Of a stretch of 64,000 nucleotides of DNA, positions 1 through 9,702 are shown one piece after another. The translations under genes and the position numbers were made by a program. This stretch comes from a virus: the IMG/VR virus record IMGVR_UViG_3300028800_000010, positions 2,637 to 66,636 of that record; one strand, 5' to 3'. Each line of letters opens with the position of its first letter. Position 1 is the first letter of the stretch. The notes under the pieces were generated by a model. It was not told the DNA's origin, ran no database searches, and saw only the letters and a list, made by a program, of their open reading frames with translations.

Positions 1-227
1 AGATGGGAATTGCTTCAACAATCGCGGGGCTCGGTGCCACGGGCGCGTCTCTCGTGGCGAACATGCCTGTCCCCTGGTCGATCGGCGCCGGCATGGTCGC
101 GTCCGCGATTGCGCTGCTTGCCACGTTCCAGGCTTCACCGAACTCGAAGGGTCTGGTGATCTCGCTGCAGGACGAGGTCCCGGACAAGAAACTCGACTCC
201 AACATCACCACGATTGAGAGGAAATAA
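1..227 (+). CDS. 3' part of membrane protein, possible holin
   Basis: Two hydrophobic segments and a charged C-terminus, near the putative endolysin; probably 5'-truncated by the window. Confidence 0.4.
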   Translation, partial: MGIASTIAGLGATGASLVANMPVPWSIGAGMVASAIALLATFQASPNSKGLVISLQDEVPDKKLDSNITTIERK

Positions 228-231
228 CGCC

Positions 232-777
232 ATGCGTAAAATCGCAGTCTTCGCCCTTGCCGTCGCTCTGGTCGCTCTGCCTGCCGTCGTCGTCGCGCAG
301 ACCGCCACGCCGCCACCTTCGACTTCGAACGGCTTCTCCGGGGCTTCTGAAGCTGTCGCGCTTCACTACGCCGGCGAGTGGAGCCCGGCCACCGACGTGA
401 CGCAGAGCTTCGATTTTCTCGATTTCGGGAAGACCAAGACCAATCACATCTACCTCGAGGGTCATGAGCTGATCGCGCCCACACCCGGGTTCAACATCTA
501 CGCCGGCGGCCTCAAGTTCGAGCCCGACCTCTCGAGCCTGTTCAAGAAGACCAACGTCCAGGCGGGCAGCTTCTCGGCGTTCTTCAATGGGTCGGCCGGC
601 AACGGCGTGCCTTCAGCGGGCGGCTCGCATATCTCGTTTCTGCTGGGCGGCGGAGTGAAGTACAACGTCACCTCGAACCTGAGCTGGCAGTCGCTCCAGG
701 CGCAATACGGCCGCTTCGGGTCGAATCAGTTTGTGGTGATCTCGACCGGGTTGTCGTTCATTTTCGCCGGTAAGTAA
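232..777 (+). CDS. secreted protein, probable small outer-membrane beta-barrel (Lom/Ail-like role possible)
   Basis: Signal peptide ending VVA-Q; alternating beta-strand pattern; C-terminal STGLSFIF resembling a beta-signal. Confidence 0.55.
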   Translation: MRKIAVFALAVALVALPAVVVAQTATPPPSTSNGFSGASEAVALHYAGEWSPATDVTQSFDFLDFGKTKTNHIYLEGHELIAPTPGFNIYAGGLKFEPDLSSLFKKTNVQAGSFSAFFNGSAGNGVPSAGGSHISFLLGGGVKYNVTSNLSWQSLQAQYGRFGSNQFVVISTGLSFIFAGK

Positions 778-788
778 ACCACGGCAAA

Positions 789-805
789 TATGACGGGCTG
801 TCATA
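789..805. promoter_or_regulatory. operator copy 1 (TATGAC-GGGCT-GTCATA)
   Basis: Perfect 6-bp inverted repeat with 5-bp spacer, intergenic, upstream of endolysin; recurs at 4 other sites. Confidence 0.65.
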
Positions 806-917
806 GCGGCCCTCGTCGACCTTGTGTGCGTTGGGGAAGCGTGCACAAGCCGGCAGCCGGGCCCGCGGACTCTACCGACCTCCAGAGGGTGGGCCTGGGC
901 TGCCACAAAGGGAAAGC

Positions 918-1370
918 ATGACCATTCAAGATCAGGTTTTCATGGCGATCGCGGCATGGAAAGAGAACCGCGGCGGCCTCACGCCGGGCATGAAGAGCGT
1001 GATCAACGTGATCGTGAACCGGTCAACCCGGGACAAGGTGACGCCTTACACCGAAGCCACGCGCCGCCTGCAGTTCTCGTCGGTGACGGCCCCCGGCGAC
1101 CCGGAGCTGGTCATCTGGGCGCTTGACCAGGACCCGCAGTGGCTGAACGCGCTCTTTATGGCCCAGCAGGCCGCGGGCGGAATTCTTGAGGACATCACCA
1201 ACGGGTCGGTTGATTACTACGCACCAAAAGCCCTCACCGCAGACCGCATCGACCCCGTGCCCTACACCCTGCCCGATGGGACATCGGTGCCGTTCCCCAA
1301 GGGCTGGAATCGCACGAAGCTGGTCTTTGAAGTTGAAATCGCCGGCCAACTCTTCTTCCGGGAGAACTGA
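918..1370 (+). CDS. SleB/Hydrolase_2-like cell wall hydrolase (endolysin)
   Basis: AWKENRG (EARG-like), VINVIVNR, QFSS, DITNGSVDYY and terminal IAGQLFF motifs typical of Hydrolase_2. Confidence 0.7.
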   Translation: MTIQDQVFMAIAAWKENRGGLTPGMKSVINVIVNRSTRDKVTPYTEATRRLQFSSVTAPGDPELVIWALDQDPQWLNALFMAQQAAGGILEDITNGSVDYYAPKALTADRIDPVPYTLPDGTSVPFPKGWNRTKLVFEVEIAGQLFFREN

Positions 1371-1373
1371 CCA

Positions 1374-1562
1374 ATGGCAGGAGCGAAAGAACACTGGATG
1401 GCCGATGCCTTCAAGAAGGCCCACAAGGGGCGGCTCCATCGTGCGCTCGGGGTCGACGAGTCGAAGACCATCCCGGAAGACAAGATGCGCGCGGCGCTTC
1501 ACGGTCACAAGGGCCTCGCGGTCCAGCGGATGGCCCAGGCCGCGCATAACGCCAACAAGTAA
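1374..1562 (+). CDS. small basic phage protein
   Basis: 62 aa ORF, KGRLHRALGV motif, co-oriented and tightly packed. Confidence 0.65.
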   Translation: MAGAKEHWMADAFKKAHKGRLHRALGVDESKTIPEDKMRAALHGHKGLAVQRMAQAAHNANK

Positions 1563-1587
1563 CCAGCCCCCAGATTGGAGAACCACC

Positions 1588-2346
1588 ATGCATGAGGTCT
1601 ATACCGCAGTGAAGGGCGAGCTCGTCTCGGCCCAGCTGCCGCTCTATACGGGCGAGCGCCAGGTGCGCGCGGCCCTGATCGTCTCGGTTGGTCTCGGCCC
1701 CGTGGCCGGACAAACCCGGCTCGCCCTTGCCGGCGGCGCCCACGTCGACGTTTCGAAGAACTGGGTCCAGGCGAACCCGCCCGCGGTCGGCGCCTACTAC
1801 GTGCAGGATCCTCTCGCGCAAAGCCCGGAAGTCGTGGCCGCCGATACCTTCGAGGCTGCATTCGCGCTCGAAACTGGCGGAACGTTCACGGCCGGAGCGG
1901 CAGAGAATGCAGAGAATTCGGGAGCAGGCGAGCAGGCTGGGACCGGCCACATCGTCGACGACTTCGCGAAGCTCGACGAGCACCCGGGTTTCATCGAGTG
2001 GTTCAAGGAGCTCGCGAACGCCGAGCTGCTCGGCACGAAGCTTGCGAATCTCTTCCACCGCAACGTCTACGGCGAGGATGCCCCGACGGGAGGTCAGGCC
2101 CAGACCGTAACCGCCGCGGTGCCGGTGTCGCAGTACGAAGCCCAGATCGATCAGCTCACCCGCGAGCGCGATGGTGCAAGGGCGCGCATCACCGATCTCG
2201 AAGCGCAGTTGGCGGCAACGGCCAAGCCGGAAGTTATTCAGCCGAGCGCTGCCGATCTCGACAAGGTTGCTGAAGAACAGAAGGCTGCGAGCGATACGGC
2301 GGGCGGGGGCACCAGTGTCGAGACGGAACAAGCGCAACACGAGTAA
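1588..2346 (+). CDS. hypothetical protein with C-terminal coiled coil
   Basis: GGAG RBS before ATG 1588; acidic and coiled-coil C-terminus. Confidence 0.65.
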   Translation: MHEVYTAVKGELVSAQLPLYTGERQVRAALIVSVGLGPVAGQTRLALAGGAHVDVSKNWVQANPPAVGAYYVQDPLAQSPEVVAADTFEAAFALETGGTFTAGAAENAENSGAGEQAGTGHIVDDFAKLDEHPGFIEWFKELANAELLGTKLANLFHRNVYGEDAPTGGQAQTVTAAVPVSQYEAQIDQLTRERDGARARITDLEAQLAATAKPEVIQPSAADLDKVAEEQKAASDTAGGGTSVETEQAQHE

Positions 2347-2659
2347 CGGCGGCGCCCGGCTGCGGATCGTCTCCGCGGCCGAGCTGATGCTGATCCGCGA
2401 GCAGCTTGAGCAGGTGTCGCGCCCCGGCACGGACCCGCTCAAGCAGGCTGCGGTCCTTACGTGGGCGATGCAGTACCAGGGCGCCTACTTCCATACCCGC
2501 GGCGGCGGACTGCGCCGCGTGTTTCCAAAGGCCACCGAAATCGTGCTCTTTCAGGGCGTGCCCACGAGCGCGAGCGGCAAGGCTTTGCTTTCCGAGTTCA
2601 GAAGCAAGGGAGAAGAAGATGCCACAGGTCAACCCCAAGCGGACGCGCTACGCGATTAA
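2315..2659 (+). CDS. hypothetical protein
   Basis: GTG start overlapping the upstream gene; fills the operon gap. Confidence 0.45.
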   Translation: MSRRNKRNTSNGGARLRIVSAAELMLIREQLEQVSRPGTDPLKQAAVLTWAMQYQGAYFHTRGGGLRRVFPKATEIVLFQGVPTSASGKALLSEFRSKGEEDATGQPQADALRD

Positions 2660-3020
2660 CGGCTCAGGCGGTGCGGCGGTTGTCATCCGCCTGACCGTGT
2701 GGGCCAAGTATGTTTCGATCGACGAGGACACGACCGCGAACGCCGGCATCGCGCAAGGCCTGCAGGGTTACGCGCTCTCGCCCTTCGCGCAGTCGACCAA
2801 CATCCTCGACCACGCCGAAGCCTTGCCGAGCGGTGTCTCGCACTACGACTTCGGCGACCAGTTCCATATGCAGTCGGACACCACGACGCCGCTTGGCAAT
2901 CCAGGCTCAGCCGGCAACGTCGACGTGCCCGGCGGCCGGGCCACGCTCGGCACGCCTCTGGTTTCGCTTCAGTCGGCGTCCGTAACCGCAACCGCGGTCT
3001 TTGTGACGGAGTACGCCTAA
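2619..3020 (+). CDS. hypothetical, probable small virion protein
   Basis: RBS plus ATG; beta-rich Gly/Ser/Thr composition. Confidence 0.6.
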   Translation: MPQVNPKRTRYAINGSGGAAVVIRLTVWAKYVSIDEDTTANAGIAQGLQGYALSPFAQSTNILDHAEALPSGVSHYDFGDQFHMQSDTTTPLGNPGSAGNVDVPGGRATLGTPLVSLQSASVTATAVFVTEYA

Positions 3021-3337
3021 TGTTCGGCCTCGTAAAACGCGCGCGATTGCTCGATGCCGAAAGGCGCGTAGTCGATATCCGCCTGGTCGCCCTCAGGGCC
3101 GAGCGCGCGGGCGAAGAGCTGATGCGCGAGCTTGAAATCGAGAAGAAGCTGCGCGCCTCGGCAGAGGCCGAGCGCGACCGGCTGCAACTGATTCTGACCG
3201 CCCATCCGATCGAGCCTGCGGAACTGGCGCCCGCGAAGGCGCCCGAGCCCGAGCCGGCTGAACCTATCCGCGTGCTGACCGGTCTTGAAGTCGTCGCACG
3301 CGCAACGCTGCACCGCAACGCTCACCACAAGGGTTAA
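3020..3337 (+). CDS. hypothetical coiled-coil protein
   Basis: TAATG stop/start coupling. Confidence 0.55.
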   Translation: MFGLVKRARLLDAERRVVDIRLVALRAERAGEELMRELEIEKKLRASAEAERDRLQLILTAHPIEPAELAPAKAPEPEPAEPIRVLTGLEVVARATLHRNAHHKG

Positions 3338-3346
3338 CCGACACCT

Positions 3347-5929
3347 ATGCGCGCAGCTACCCCCATCTCGGCCTTCATGGCGCCCGGCCAGGCAATGGCC
3401 AACCCCGGTCCTCAGAACCCGCAGGAGGCGACGCGCGTGAAGCGCCCGTCGAGCCCCGGCCAGCCGATCGACTACTTCTCGACCTTCGGCGTCACGGACG
3501 AAGACAAGAACAAGCTGGTCTCGATCATTGCCGACCTGCGCTCGAACTGGATGCAGGACCGCATGGAGCGCATCCGCGTCTGGATGCTCAACGTGATGTT
3601 TGAGAAGGGCATTCAGTGGGTCGGCTGGGATCAGACCGCCAACTGCTGGTTCGACGCGCTTTCCGAGATGCGCAATAACGGCCTGGTCGAAGACGGCGAG
3701 TCGGTTGAGCTTGAGCGGTGGATGAACAACGTCACCCTGATGTTCAAGCAGATCTTCGTCGGCAACCTGACCCGCGCGCTGCCACATTCCGTCGTCCGCC
3801 CGCAGGATGCCGAAAAGCCCGACGATACGCAGACTGCCAAGGCTTCCCAAGACCTGATTCAGATCCTCGACCGCAAGAACCATGTGCGGAAGATGATTCG
3901 CACCATCTACGAGTACCTCTACACGTTCGGCTGCTACTTCCGCTACACCCGGCCCGTGCTCGATGGCGTCGAGAACGGCTACGACGAAGAGGCCATCTTC
4001 GACGACCTGGAGATCCAGATGCCGGCGCGGATGAAGTGCATGCAGTGCGGCCTGGAGACCGCCGCCGACAAGCTGCCCAACGACCAGGCGATGCCGTCAT
4101 GCCCCGGCTGCCAGACGCCCATGGGCCCCGAGAGCTACTACGCGGCCGGCGAAGGCAACCGGATGAGCCTGCAGCAGACTGGGGTGACCCGGATCCCGCG
4201 CGCCTCGGTCAAGCAGACCATCCACTCGCCGCTTGAGATCGACGTCGATCCCAATGTCAAGGAATGGTGGATGTCTGAGGTTCTCTCGTTTGACCGCGAG
4301 ATCGGCTTCGGCGAATCGCTCAAGCTCTTCCCTGCCTTCCGCGATCAGATCAAGCCCGGCGCCTCGGTTGGAACTACGCCCAACGCCGACTGGGAAAAGC
4401 TGATGCGCGTCCAGTTGAAGTCGGTCACCTCGGGCTATGCTTCCGACCTCGGTTTGTCCCGGCCGACCTACTCCGAGAACTGGGTAAACCCGACCGCCTT
4501 CTGGCAAAACGCAGATGCCGAATTTGCAGGCCGCATGGAGCAGATGTTCCCCGAAGGCGTCAAGGTCTCCTTCGTCGGCTCGACGGTCGTCGATATCCGC
4601 CCCGCATGCATGCGCCGCGAGTGGTCGAGCTGCCGGCTCTACGAGGCCTACGGTCCTTACTGCCCGTCGATTGCTGAAAGAGTCGTTCCCTTCAATCAGC
4701 GGTTCAACGCGACCATGCAGATGCTCGACGACTGGATGCAGCGCAGCTCGACGGGCCTGAACGTCGTCGCCGCCGAGCGCATCGACAAGCAGAAACTCGA
4801 CAAGCGTCCCCTGATTCCCGGCCACGTCTTCGAGATCCCGATGCGCATTGGCGGCGAGCGCGTGCCGATGTCGGAAGTCTTCGCGCACTTCGACCTGCCC
4901 ATGAACGAGGCGGCCTGGAACTACCCGCAGATGCTTTTGACCTTCTGTCAGCTGATTGCAGGCTTGCCGCCGCAGACCGCCGGAGTGGGAACCATGCCCG
5001 GCGTCGACACAGCCACCGGCCAGCAGCAGATGCTCGGCCAGGCGACCGAAGCGCTCCAGCCCTACTGGGAGAACGTCAAGGACGAGTGCGCGCAGGCAGC
5101 CTGGAACGCGATTATCTGCGCCAAGCGCCTGATGGAAGTGGGCGCCATGCAGAAGCTCCACCAGTCGGAAGAAGCCAAGGGCGCGGGCTGGCGCAACAAG
5201 ACCGTCACCTCGAACCAGATGCAGGGCGAGATCGAAGTGTTCTCCGATCAAGACCAGGGCCTGCCCGTGTCGCCCGACGAGTTGCGGAAGACCTTCACCA
5301 TGATGTTCAAGGAGCTCTCGAGTAACAACCCCGCCGCCCAGGAGTGGTTCAAGGTGCCGGCCAACCAGGACATGGTGCTTTCGACCATGATCCCCGGATC
5401 GGTCTCGCCCGTCGCCGCGCAGATCACCAAGACCCAGATGGATATTCAGATTCTGGTGTCGAAGCCCGCGCAGACCATCCTCGACCAGAATGGCAAGCCG
5501 GTGTCGAAGCTCCCGATCGAGCCGGACAAGAACGTCGAAGACTTCCCGACCGCGAAGGAATGTCTGCGCATGTACATGCTCGAAGAGTGCGACCTCCGGT
5601 TCTCGGACCCCGAGGCCTGGGACCGGCTCAATCAGTACGCCGACATGCTCGAGGATCTCGACTCGCAGATTGCTGCCGAGCGCGCGGAGCGGCAGATGAA
5701 AGTCAACCAGGCCGGCCAGCCGCCGGCGCCGCCTGCTGATCCCGGCCAGCAGGCCATCTTGCAGGAAGTCCAGTCGCTCGGCACGCAAATGCTTGCTCGG
5801 CTCGGCCAGCTCGCGATGCTCCCGCCGCTGCCCAAAGGCACGAGCGTAGCCGCGCAGGTCTCAGCCGCAAACGACGTCGCCAAAACCGCCACCGATATCG
5901 CCAAGATGGCAGCGGCCGGCAAAAAGTAG
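3347..5929 (+). CDS. portal protein (podovirus type) with zinc-ribbon insertion
   Basis: 860 aa, upstream of scaffold and capsid; helical, TATGQQQ portal-like motif; CMQC...CPGC insert. Confidence 0.75.
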   Translation: MRAATPISAFMAPGQAMANPGPQNPQEATRVKRPSSPGQPIDYFSTFGVTDEDKNKLVSIIADLRSNWMQDRMERIRVWMLNVMFEKGIQWVGWDQTANCWFDALSEMRNNGLVEDGESVELERWMNNVTLMFKQIFVGNLTRALPHSVVRPQDAEKPDDTQTAKASQDLIQILDRKNHVRKMIRTIYEYLYTFGCYFRYTRPVLDGVENGYDEEAIFDDLEIQMPARMKCMQCGLETAADKLPNDQAMPSCPGCQTPMGPESYYAAGEGNRMSLQQTGVTRIPRASVKQTIHSPLEIDVDPNVKEWWMSEVLSFDREIGFGESLKLFPAFRDQIKPGASVGTTPNADWEKLMRVQLKSVTSGYASDLGLSRPTYSENWVNPTAFWQNADAEFAGRMEQMFPEGVKVSFVGSTVVDIRPACMRREWSSCRLYEAYGPYCPSIAERVVPFNQRFNATMQMLDDWMQRSSTGLNVVAAERIDKQKLDKRPLIPGHVFEIPMRIGGERVPMSEVFAHFDLPMNEAAWNYPQMLLTFCQLIAGLPPQTAGVGTMPGVDTATGQQQMLGQATEALQPYWENVKDECAQAAWNAIICAKRLMEVGAMQKLHQSEEAKGAGWRNKTVTSNQMQGEIEVFSDQDQGLPVSPDELRKTFTMMFKELSSNNPAAQEWFKVPANQDMVLSTMIPGSVSPVAAQITKTQMDIQILVSKPAQTILDQNGKPVSKLPIEPDKNVEDFPTAKECLRMYMLEECDLRFSDPEAWDRLNQYADMLEDLDSQIAAERAERQMKVNQAGQPPAPPADPGQQAILQEVQSLGTQMLARLGQLAMLPPLPKGTSVAAQVSAANDVAKTATDIAKMAAAGKK

Positions 5930-5964
5930 TTACCACCCGTAACGCAAAAGGAGAGTAGCGCCCC

Positions 5965-7683
5965 ATGTTTCTCGACCTCGTAACGCCCCTCGCCGCCGCC
6001 GGAACAATGCCCGGTGGCGGAGCCCCGCCTGCAGCTCCCGCGGCCCCGGCCGCACCCGCAGCGCCTGCCCCTCCCCCAGCGCCAGCTCCGCCTGCACCGG
6101 CACCTCCCGCGCCATCTCCGGCGCCTGAAGCGCCCGCTGCACCCGCGGCTCCCGAAGCCCCGGCCGCTCCCCAAGGGCCGCCCAAGAACACCGATTTCCC
6201 GCAGACTGAAGAGGGCATCGAGCAGTTCATCGAAGCCAGCGAGAAGTGGAAGCAGGAGCACCCGGACGAGGCCGACAAGGCCGCCGAAGAGCAGCGCGCT
6301 GCGGACGCTGCCCGCCAGCCCGGTGCGCAACCGCCCGAGGAAGCACCGAAACCGCCTGAGGCGCCGAAGCCTCCGGAAGGCGCTCAACCGCCGGCAGCAG
6401 AGCAGGCAACGCCGAAGGCTCTCGATGAGCTGTTTAATTCAAAGCCCGCCCTCAAGGCAGCGTTCGATGCCGACCCCGAAGCCAAAGCCGTCCTGATGGA
6501 AACCGCGCGCGCCGCCGAAGCCGCGCGGCCCATTCTCGATTTGGTCCCGACCGTCGAAGAGGCGCGCTATGCGGTTGAAGGCGCCGGATGGTTGCTCAAT
6601 GTCGAGCACGGCTTCGCCATGGCCGCCGAGAATCCGGAAGCGGGCGAGCGGGCCTTTAACCAGCTCATCGATCGCTTCAAGTTGCGCGACGACAAGGGCC
6701 AGCCCGTCATGCAGGATGGCCAGCCGGTCATGGCCGAGAGCTTCGACTTTCTGACCCAGCGGCTGACCACGGGCGCGATCGCCGGCCAGGTCGGCGAGAC
6801 CAAGAAGCAGTTGAACGCCCTGAACGAGAAGCTCAAGGGCGTTTACCCGTCTGAGGCTGCGAAGGAAGCCGATCGCGCCGCCGCGGTCGATCTCGACTAT
6901 CGCATCAAGGCCTTCGAGTATGTCGCCGAAATGCTCAAACAAGAAGACCAGCTGCCCGAGCTGCCGGCCCTTCCCGAGGACGCAACCCAGGCCCAGCGCG
7001 AGTTTCAGGCGCGGCTTGAAAAGGAACGGAAGGAACTCGGCGACACGCGCACCCAAGGGAAGAAGGCCGAGAGGATCCAGGCGCGGCAGCGGCTCGAAAA
7101 CGAAGTCAACGGAGCCTTTGGTCAGGGCGTGGGCGACTACGTCGAAAACGAGATCAAGAGCCGGCGCGAGCGGGGCGAAGCGATTCCCGACTTCGTGCTC
7201 GAGCGCAAGTGGGTCAATCCTGCGACCAACCAGGAGACCAGCTATCCGGACTTCGCGGTCCGGATCATGAACCGGTTCACGGCCAAGATCAACGCGATTC
7301 CGACGGTCGCAAAAAAGCTGCGCGACCTCGAAATGCAGGGCGCCCCAGCCAAGCAAGCCAGGCTCGATTACTTTGCCGAGCTCAGGACGAAGTATCTGCC
7401 TTCGATCGTGAACGGGGAGTTCGACGAGATTTACCGGGGCATCAAGCAGATGTCCTCGCAGAGCCGGGAACGCCAGCAGGAGGTAGCCAAAGTCGCGCGC
7501 GTTGAGCCATCGACCGGCGGCACCTCGGCTCCAGCGGCCGGCGCAGCACTTTCGGGGGAGGCTCTCGAAGCCAAGGCTTTAGAGAATCTCCAGACTAACC
7601 CCGAGTTTCAAACCGCCGGGCGGGTCGACCGCATGGAAATGCTCATGGTGGAAAAGGAGCGTCTCCGCGGCGGAGGCAAGTAG
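5965..7683 (+). CDS. capsid scaffolding protein
   Basis: Pro/Ala-rich N-terminus, charged helical body, position between portal and MCP. Confidence 0.65.
   Translation: MFLDLVTPLAAAGTMPGGGAPPAAPAAPAAPAAPAPPPAPAPPAPAPPAPSPAPEAPAAPAAPEAPAAPQGPPKNTDFPQTEEGIEQFIEASEKWKQEHPDEADKAAEEQRAADAARQPGAQPPEEAPKPPEAPKPPEGAQPPAAEQATPKALDELFNSKPALKAAFDADPEAKAVLMETARAAEAARPILDLVPTVEEARYAVEGAGWLLNVEHGFAMAAENPEAGERAFNQLIDRFKLRDDKGQPVMQDGQPVMAESFDFLTQRLTTGAIAGQVGETKKQLNALNEKLKGVYPSEAAKEADRAAAVDLDYRIKAFEYVAEMLKQEDQLPELPALPEDATQAQREFQARLEKERKELGDTRTQGKKAERIQARQRLENEVNGAFGQGVGDYVENEIKSRRERGEAIPDFVLERKWVNPATNQETSYPDFAVRIMNRFTAKINAIPTVAKKLRDLEMQGAPAKQARLDYFAELRTKYLPSIVNGEFDEIYRGIKQMSSQSRERQQEVAKVARVEPSTGGTSAPAAGAALSGEALEAKALENLQTNPEFQTAGRVDRMEMLMVEKERLRGGGK
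6020..6180 (+). repeat. low-complexity PAA/APA coding repeats
   Basis: Encodes PAAPAAPAAP... in the scaffold N-terminus. Confidence 0.7.
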
Positions 7684-7788
7684 CTAGGTAGGGAATAGCC
7701 GGCGTGGCCCTCCATGGGCCCCGCCGCGACGTGAAGTAGCGCCCAAGGGCTGCCGGCAGGACTCGCGAGGCCGGCGGAGAAACCAACC

Positions 7789-9081
7789 ATGGCACCTCCC
7801 AACAATTCAACCGCGCAGGCTCAGATCGCCCTGATGATCCAGGTCATCGACGAGAACATCGAGACCGCGCAAAACCTCGACCAGGGCATCGACCGCCGCT
7901 TCCAGATGGCGACCGCCCGCGACATGGGCAAGGAGAAGTACCGTCACCCCATCGAATTCGACGTAGGTGGCCAGTTCGCCTTCTACGATCCGGACGGCGG
8001 CCCCTACATCCAGGGCAACGGCCCGGGTTACAACCAGTTCATCGTCGTGCCTGTAGCCGGCATCATGGGCGTCGCGAAGACCGAACTCCTGTCGCGCATT
8101 GAAGGCGCCGGCACGGATCGGCTCCTGATTGCGAAGCCCATCGCGCGCATGCTCGCGAAGATGAAGGACAAGTTTGCGCATACCAGGAACGCGCTCGCCC
8201 AGGGATACAACCAGGGCCTGCTCGGGACGGTCGACGCAAGCTACGCCGGCGGCACCGTGGTGCAGATGTCGAACGTGCCTTATGGCAATCGCCTGCTCGA
8301 CATCAATAACCAGTACCAGATCACCGACGCGAACTTCAACGTGCTCGGCGTGGTCACGATCCTCCAGAAGTCGCTCTCGACCGGCGGCGGCGTCGATACG
8401 ATCACCATCGACCAGCTTCCGATCGGCGGCATCGCCGCAGGCTACCAGTTCATCCCCATGAACGCGGCCTCCGGTGCTCCGCTCGGGCCTCAGGGTCTTC
8501 AGTACCTGATCTCGAACTCGCAGAACGGTGACAACTGCGGCATCGCGCGCACCATCCCCTACGTCCAGGCCCCGAGCGTCAACGCGAGCTCGACCCTGAA
8601 CCTCGGCATCATCACCGTCATGAACCAGCGGCAGAATCAGGCCCTCGGTTCCGACCAGGACGATCAGAAGCGCTTCTACTACACGCACTACGTGCAGCAG
8701 GCGACCGCTGATCTTCTGGGCTTCGCGAAGGTGATGCTGGTGTCGGACAACGGCAAGCAGAACCGGTTCGATATCGCGCCGGCGAAGAATCTGCCCTGGA
8801 TGATCGGCAACCAGGAAGTGCTCACCGACTCGATGGCCGGTGTCGACAAGCTCTACGACATCGCGCAGGGCCAGCTGAGGAAGGTGCGCTACCCCGGTTC
8901 GCAGAAGATGATCCCCGGCATCCTCGAGGGCATCTGGTGGCCGCGGTATCAGGGCGGCCAGGCGACGTCCGAGTCCGACGCTCTGTTCCAGGATGCGTAC
9001 AACTTCTACACCAAACTCCCCTGGGCGCACGTGTATGCCTACAACATCTACGTGAACCCCGTCATGGCGGCCGGCGTCTAA
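7789..9081 (+). CDS. major capsid protein
   Basis: 430 aa after scaffold, strong RBS, strongly biased codon usage, followed by a terminator. Confidence 0.75.
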   Translation: MAPPNNSTAQAQIALMIQVIDENIETAQNLDQGIDRRFQMATARDMGKEKYRHPIEFDVGGQFAFYDPDGGPYIQGNGPGYNQFIVVPVAGIMGVAKTELLSRIEGAGTDRLLIAKPIARMLAKMKDKFAHTRNALAQGYNQGLLGTVDASYAGGTVVQMSNVPYGNRLLDINNQYQITDANFNVLGVVTILQKSLSTGGGVDTITIDQLPIGGIAAGYQFIPMNAASGAPLGPQGLQYLISNSQNGDNCGIARTIPYVQAPSVNASSTLNLGIITVMNQRQNQALGSDQDDQKRFYYTHYVQQATADLLGFAKVMLVSDNGKQNRFDIAPAKNLPWMIGNQEVLTDSMAGVDKLYDIAQGQLRKVRYPGSQKMIPGILEGIWWPRYQGGQATSESDALFQDAYNFYTKLPWAHVYAYNIYVNPVMAAGV

Positions 9082-9102
9082 AAACGCCCCGCTTGAATCT
9101 GC

Positions 9103-9135
9103 CGCCCGGGTCATTTCTGACCCGGGCGTACTTTT
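9103..9135 (+). terminator. intrinsic terminator after MCP
   Basis: CGCCCGGGTCA-TTTC-TGACCCGGGCG hairpin followed by TACTTTT. Confidence 0.7.
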
Positions 9136-9183
9136 GTTCCCCGGTAACGACCCAAGAAACAAATTGGGAGGAGAGAAAGCCCC

Positions 9184-9702
9184 ATGAAGCGATTTGCCAT
9201 TCTGTTGATCTGTTCCCTGATCGTCGGCGTCGGCTGCCATGCGCAGGTACCCCCGGCGACGAGCCACGTTGTTGATCTCGTCTGGACGGCGCCGACCGCG
9301 AACTCGACCTGGACCGGCTGCACGACCTCGGCGCCCTGTACCTATGCCATCTATCGCGCACCCACTTCGGCGGGATCCTGTCCCGCTTCGACCAACTCTG
9401 GCTATGTCGAGGTGACAAACCCCGGCTCGCGCCCGAGTGGCACGACCTTCGTCGACACGACTGCCGGCGGCTTGACGGTCTGCTATATCGCCGAGACGGT
9501 GCAAGGCTCGTCGAATAGCGGCCCATCGAATACAACCGCCGCGATCACCGTGCCCGGAACTCCGACTGCCCCGGCGCTCGGCAATCCCACGGCCGCCGCG
9601 AACCAGGGACTTCCGCTGCCGATGGTCAGGCCGTTGCCTGAGGTCGCAAGCGCGAGCGCACCTGCCGAGATTCATCTGACGGCACGGGTTGTCGGCCGGT
9701 AA
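9184..9702 (+). CDS. secreted fibronectin type III-like protein
   Basis: Signal peptide ending CHA-Q; V-x-L-x-W, YAIYR, FVDT and SGPSN Fn3-like pattern; 4 Cys in mature part. Confidence 0.65.
   Translation: MKRFAILLICSLIVGVGCHAQVPPATSHVVDLVWTAPTANSTWTGCTTSAPCTYAIYRAPTSAGSCPASTNSGYVEVTNPGSRPSGTTFVDTTAGGLTVCYIAETVQGSSNSGPSNTTAAITVPGTPTAPALGNPTAAANQGLPLPMVRPLPEVASASAPAEIHLTARVVGR

Noticed and set aside
866-877. 12-bp match GCGGACTCTACC with 30744-30755
   Set aside because: Only two copies and no consistent context; could be chance
4097-9675. Long minus-strand ORFs (563, 305 and 622 aa) and similar shadows elsewhere (e.g. 32335-33915, 41417-42871, 27766-29211)
   Set aside because: Antisense shadows of well-supported genes with GC-biased third positions
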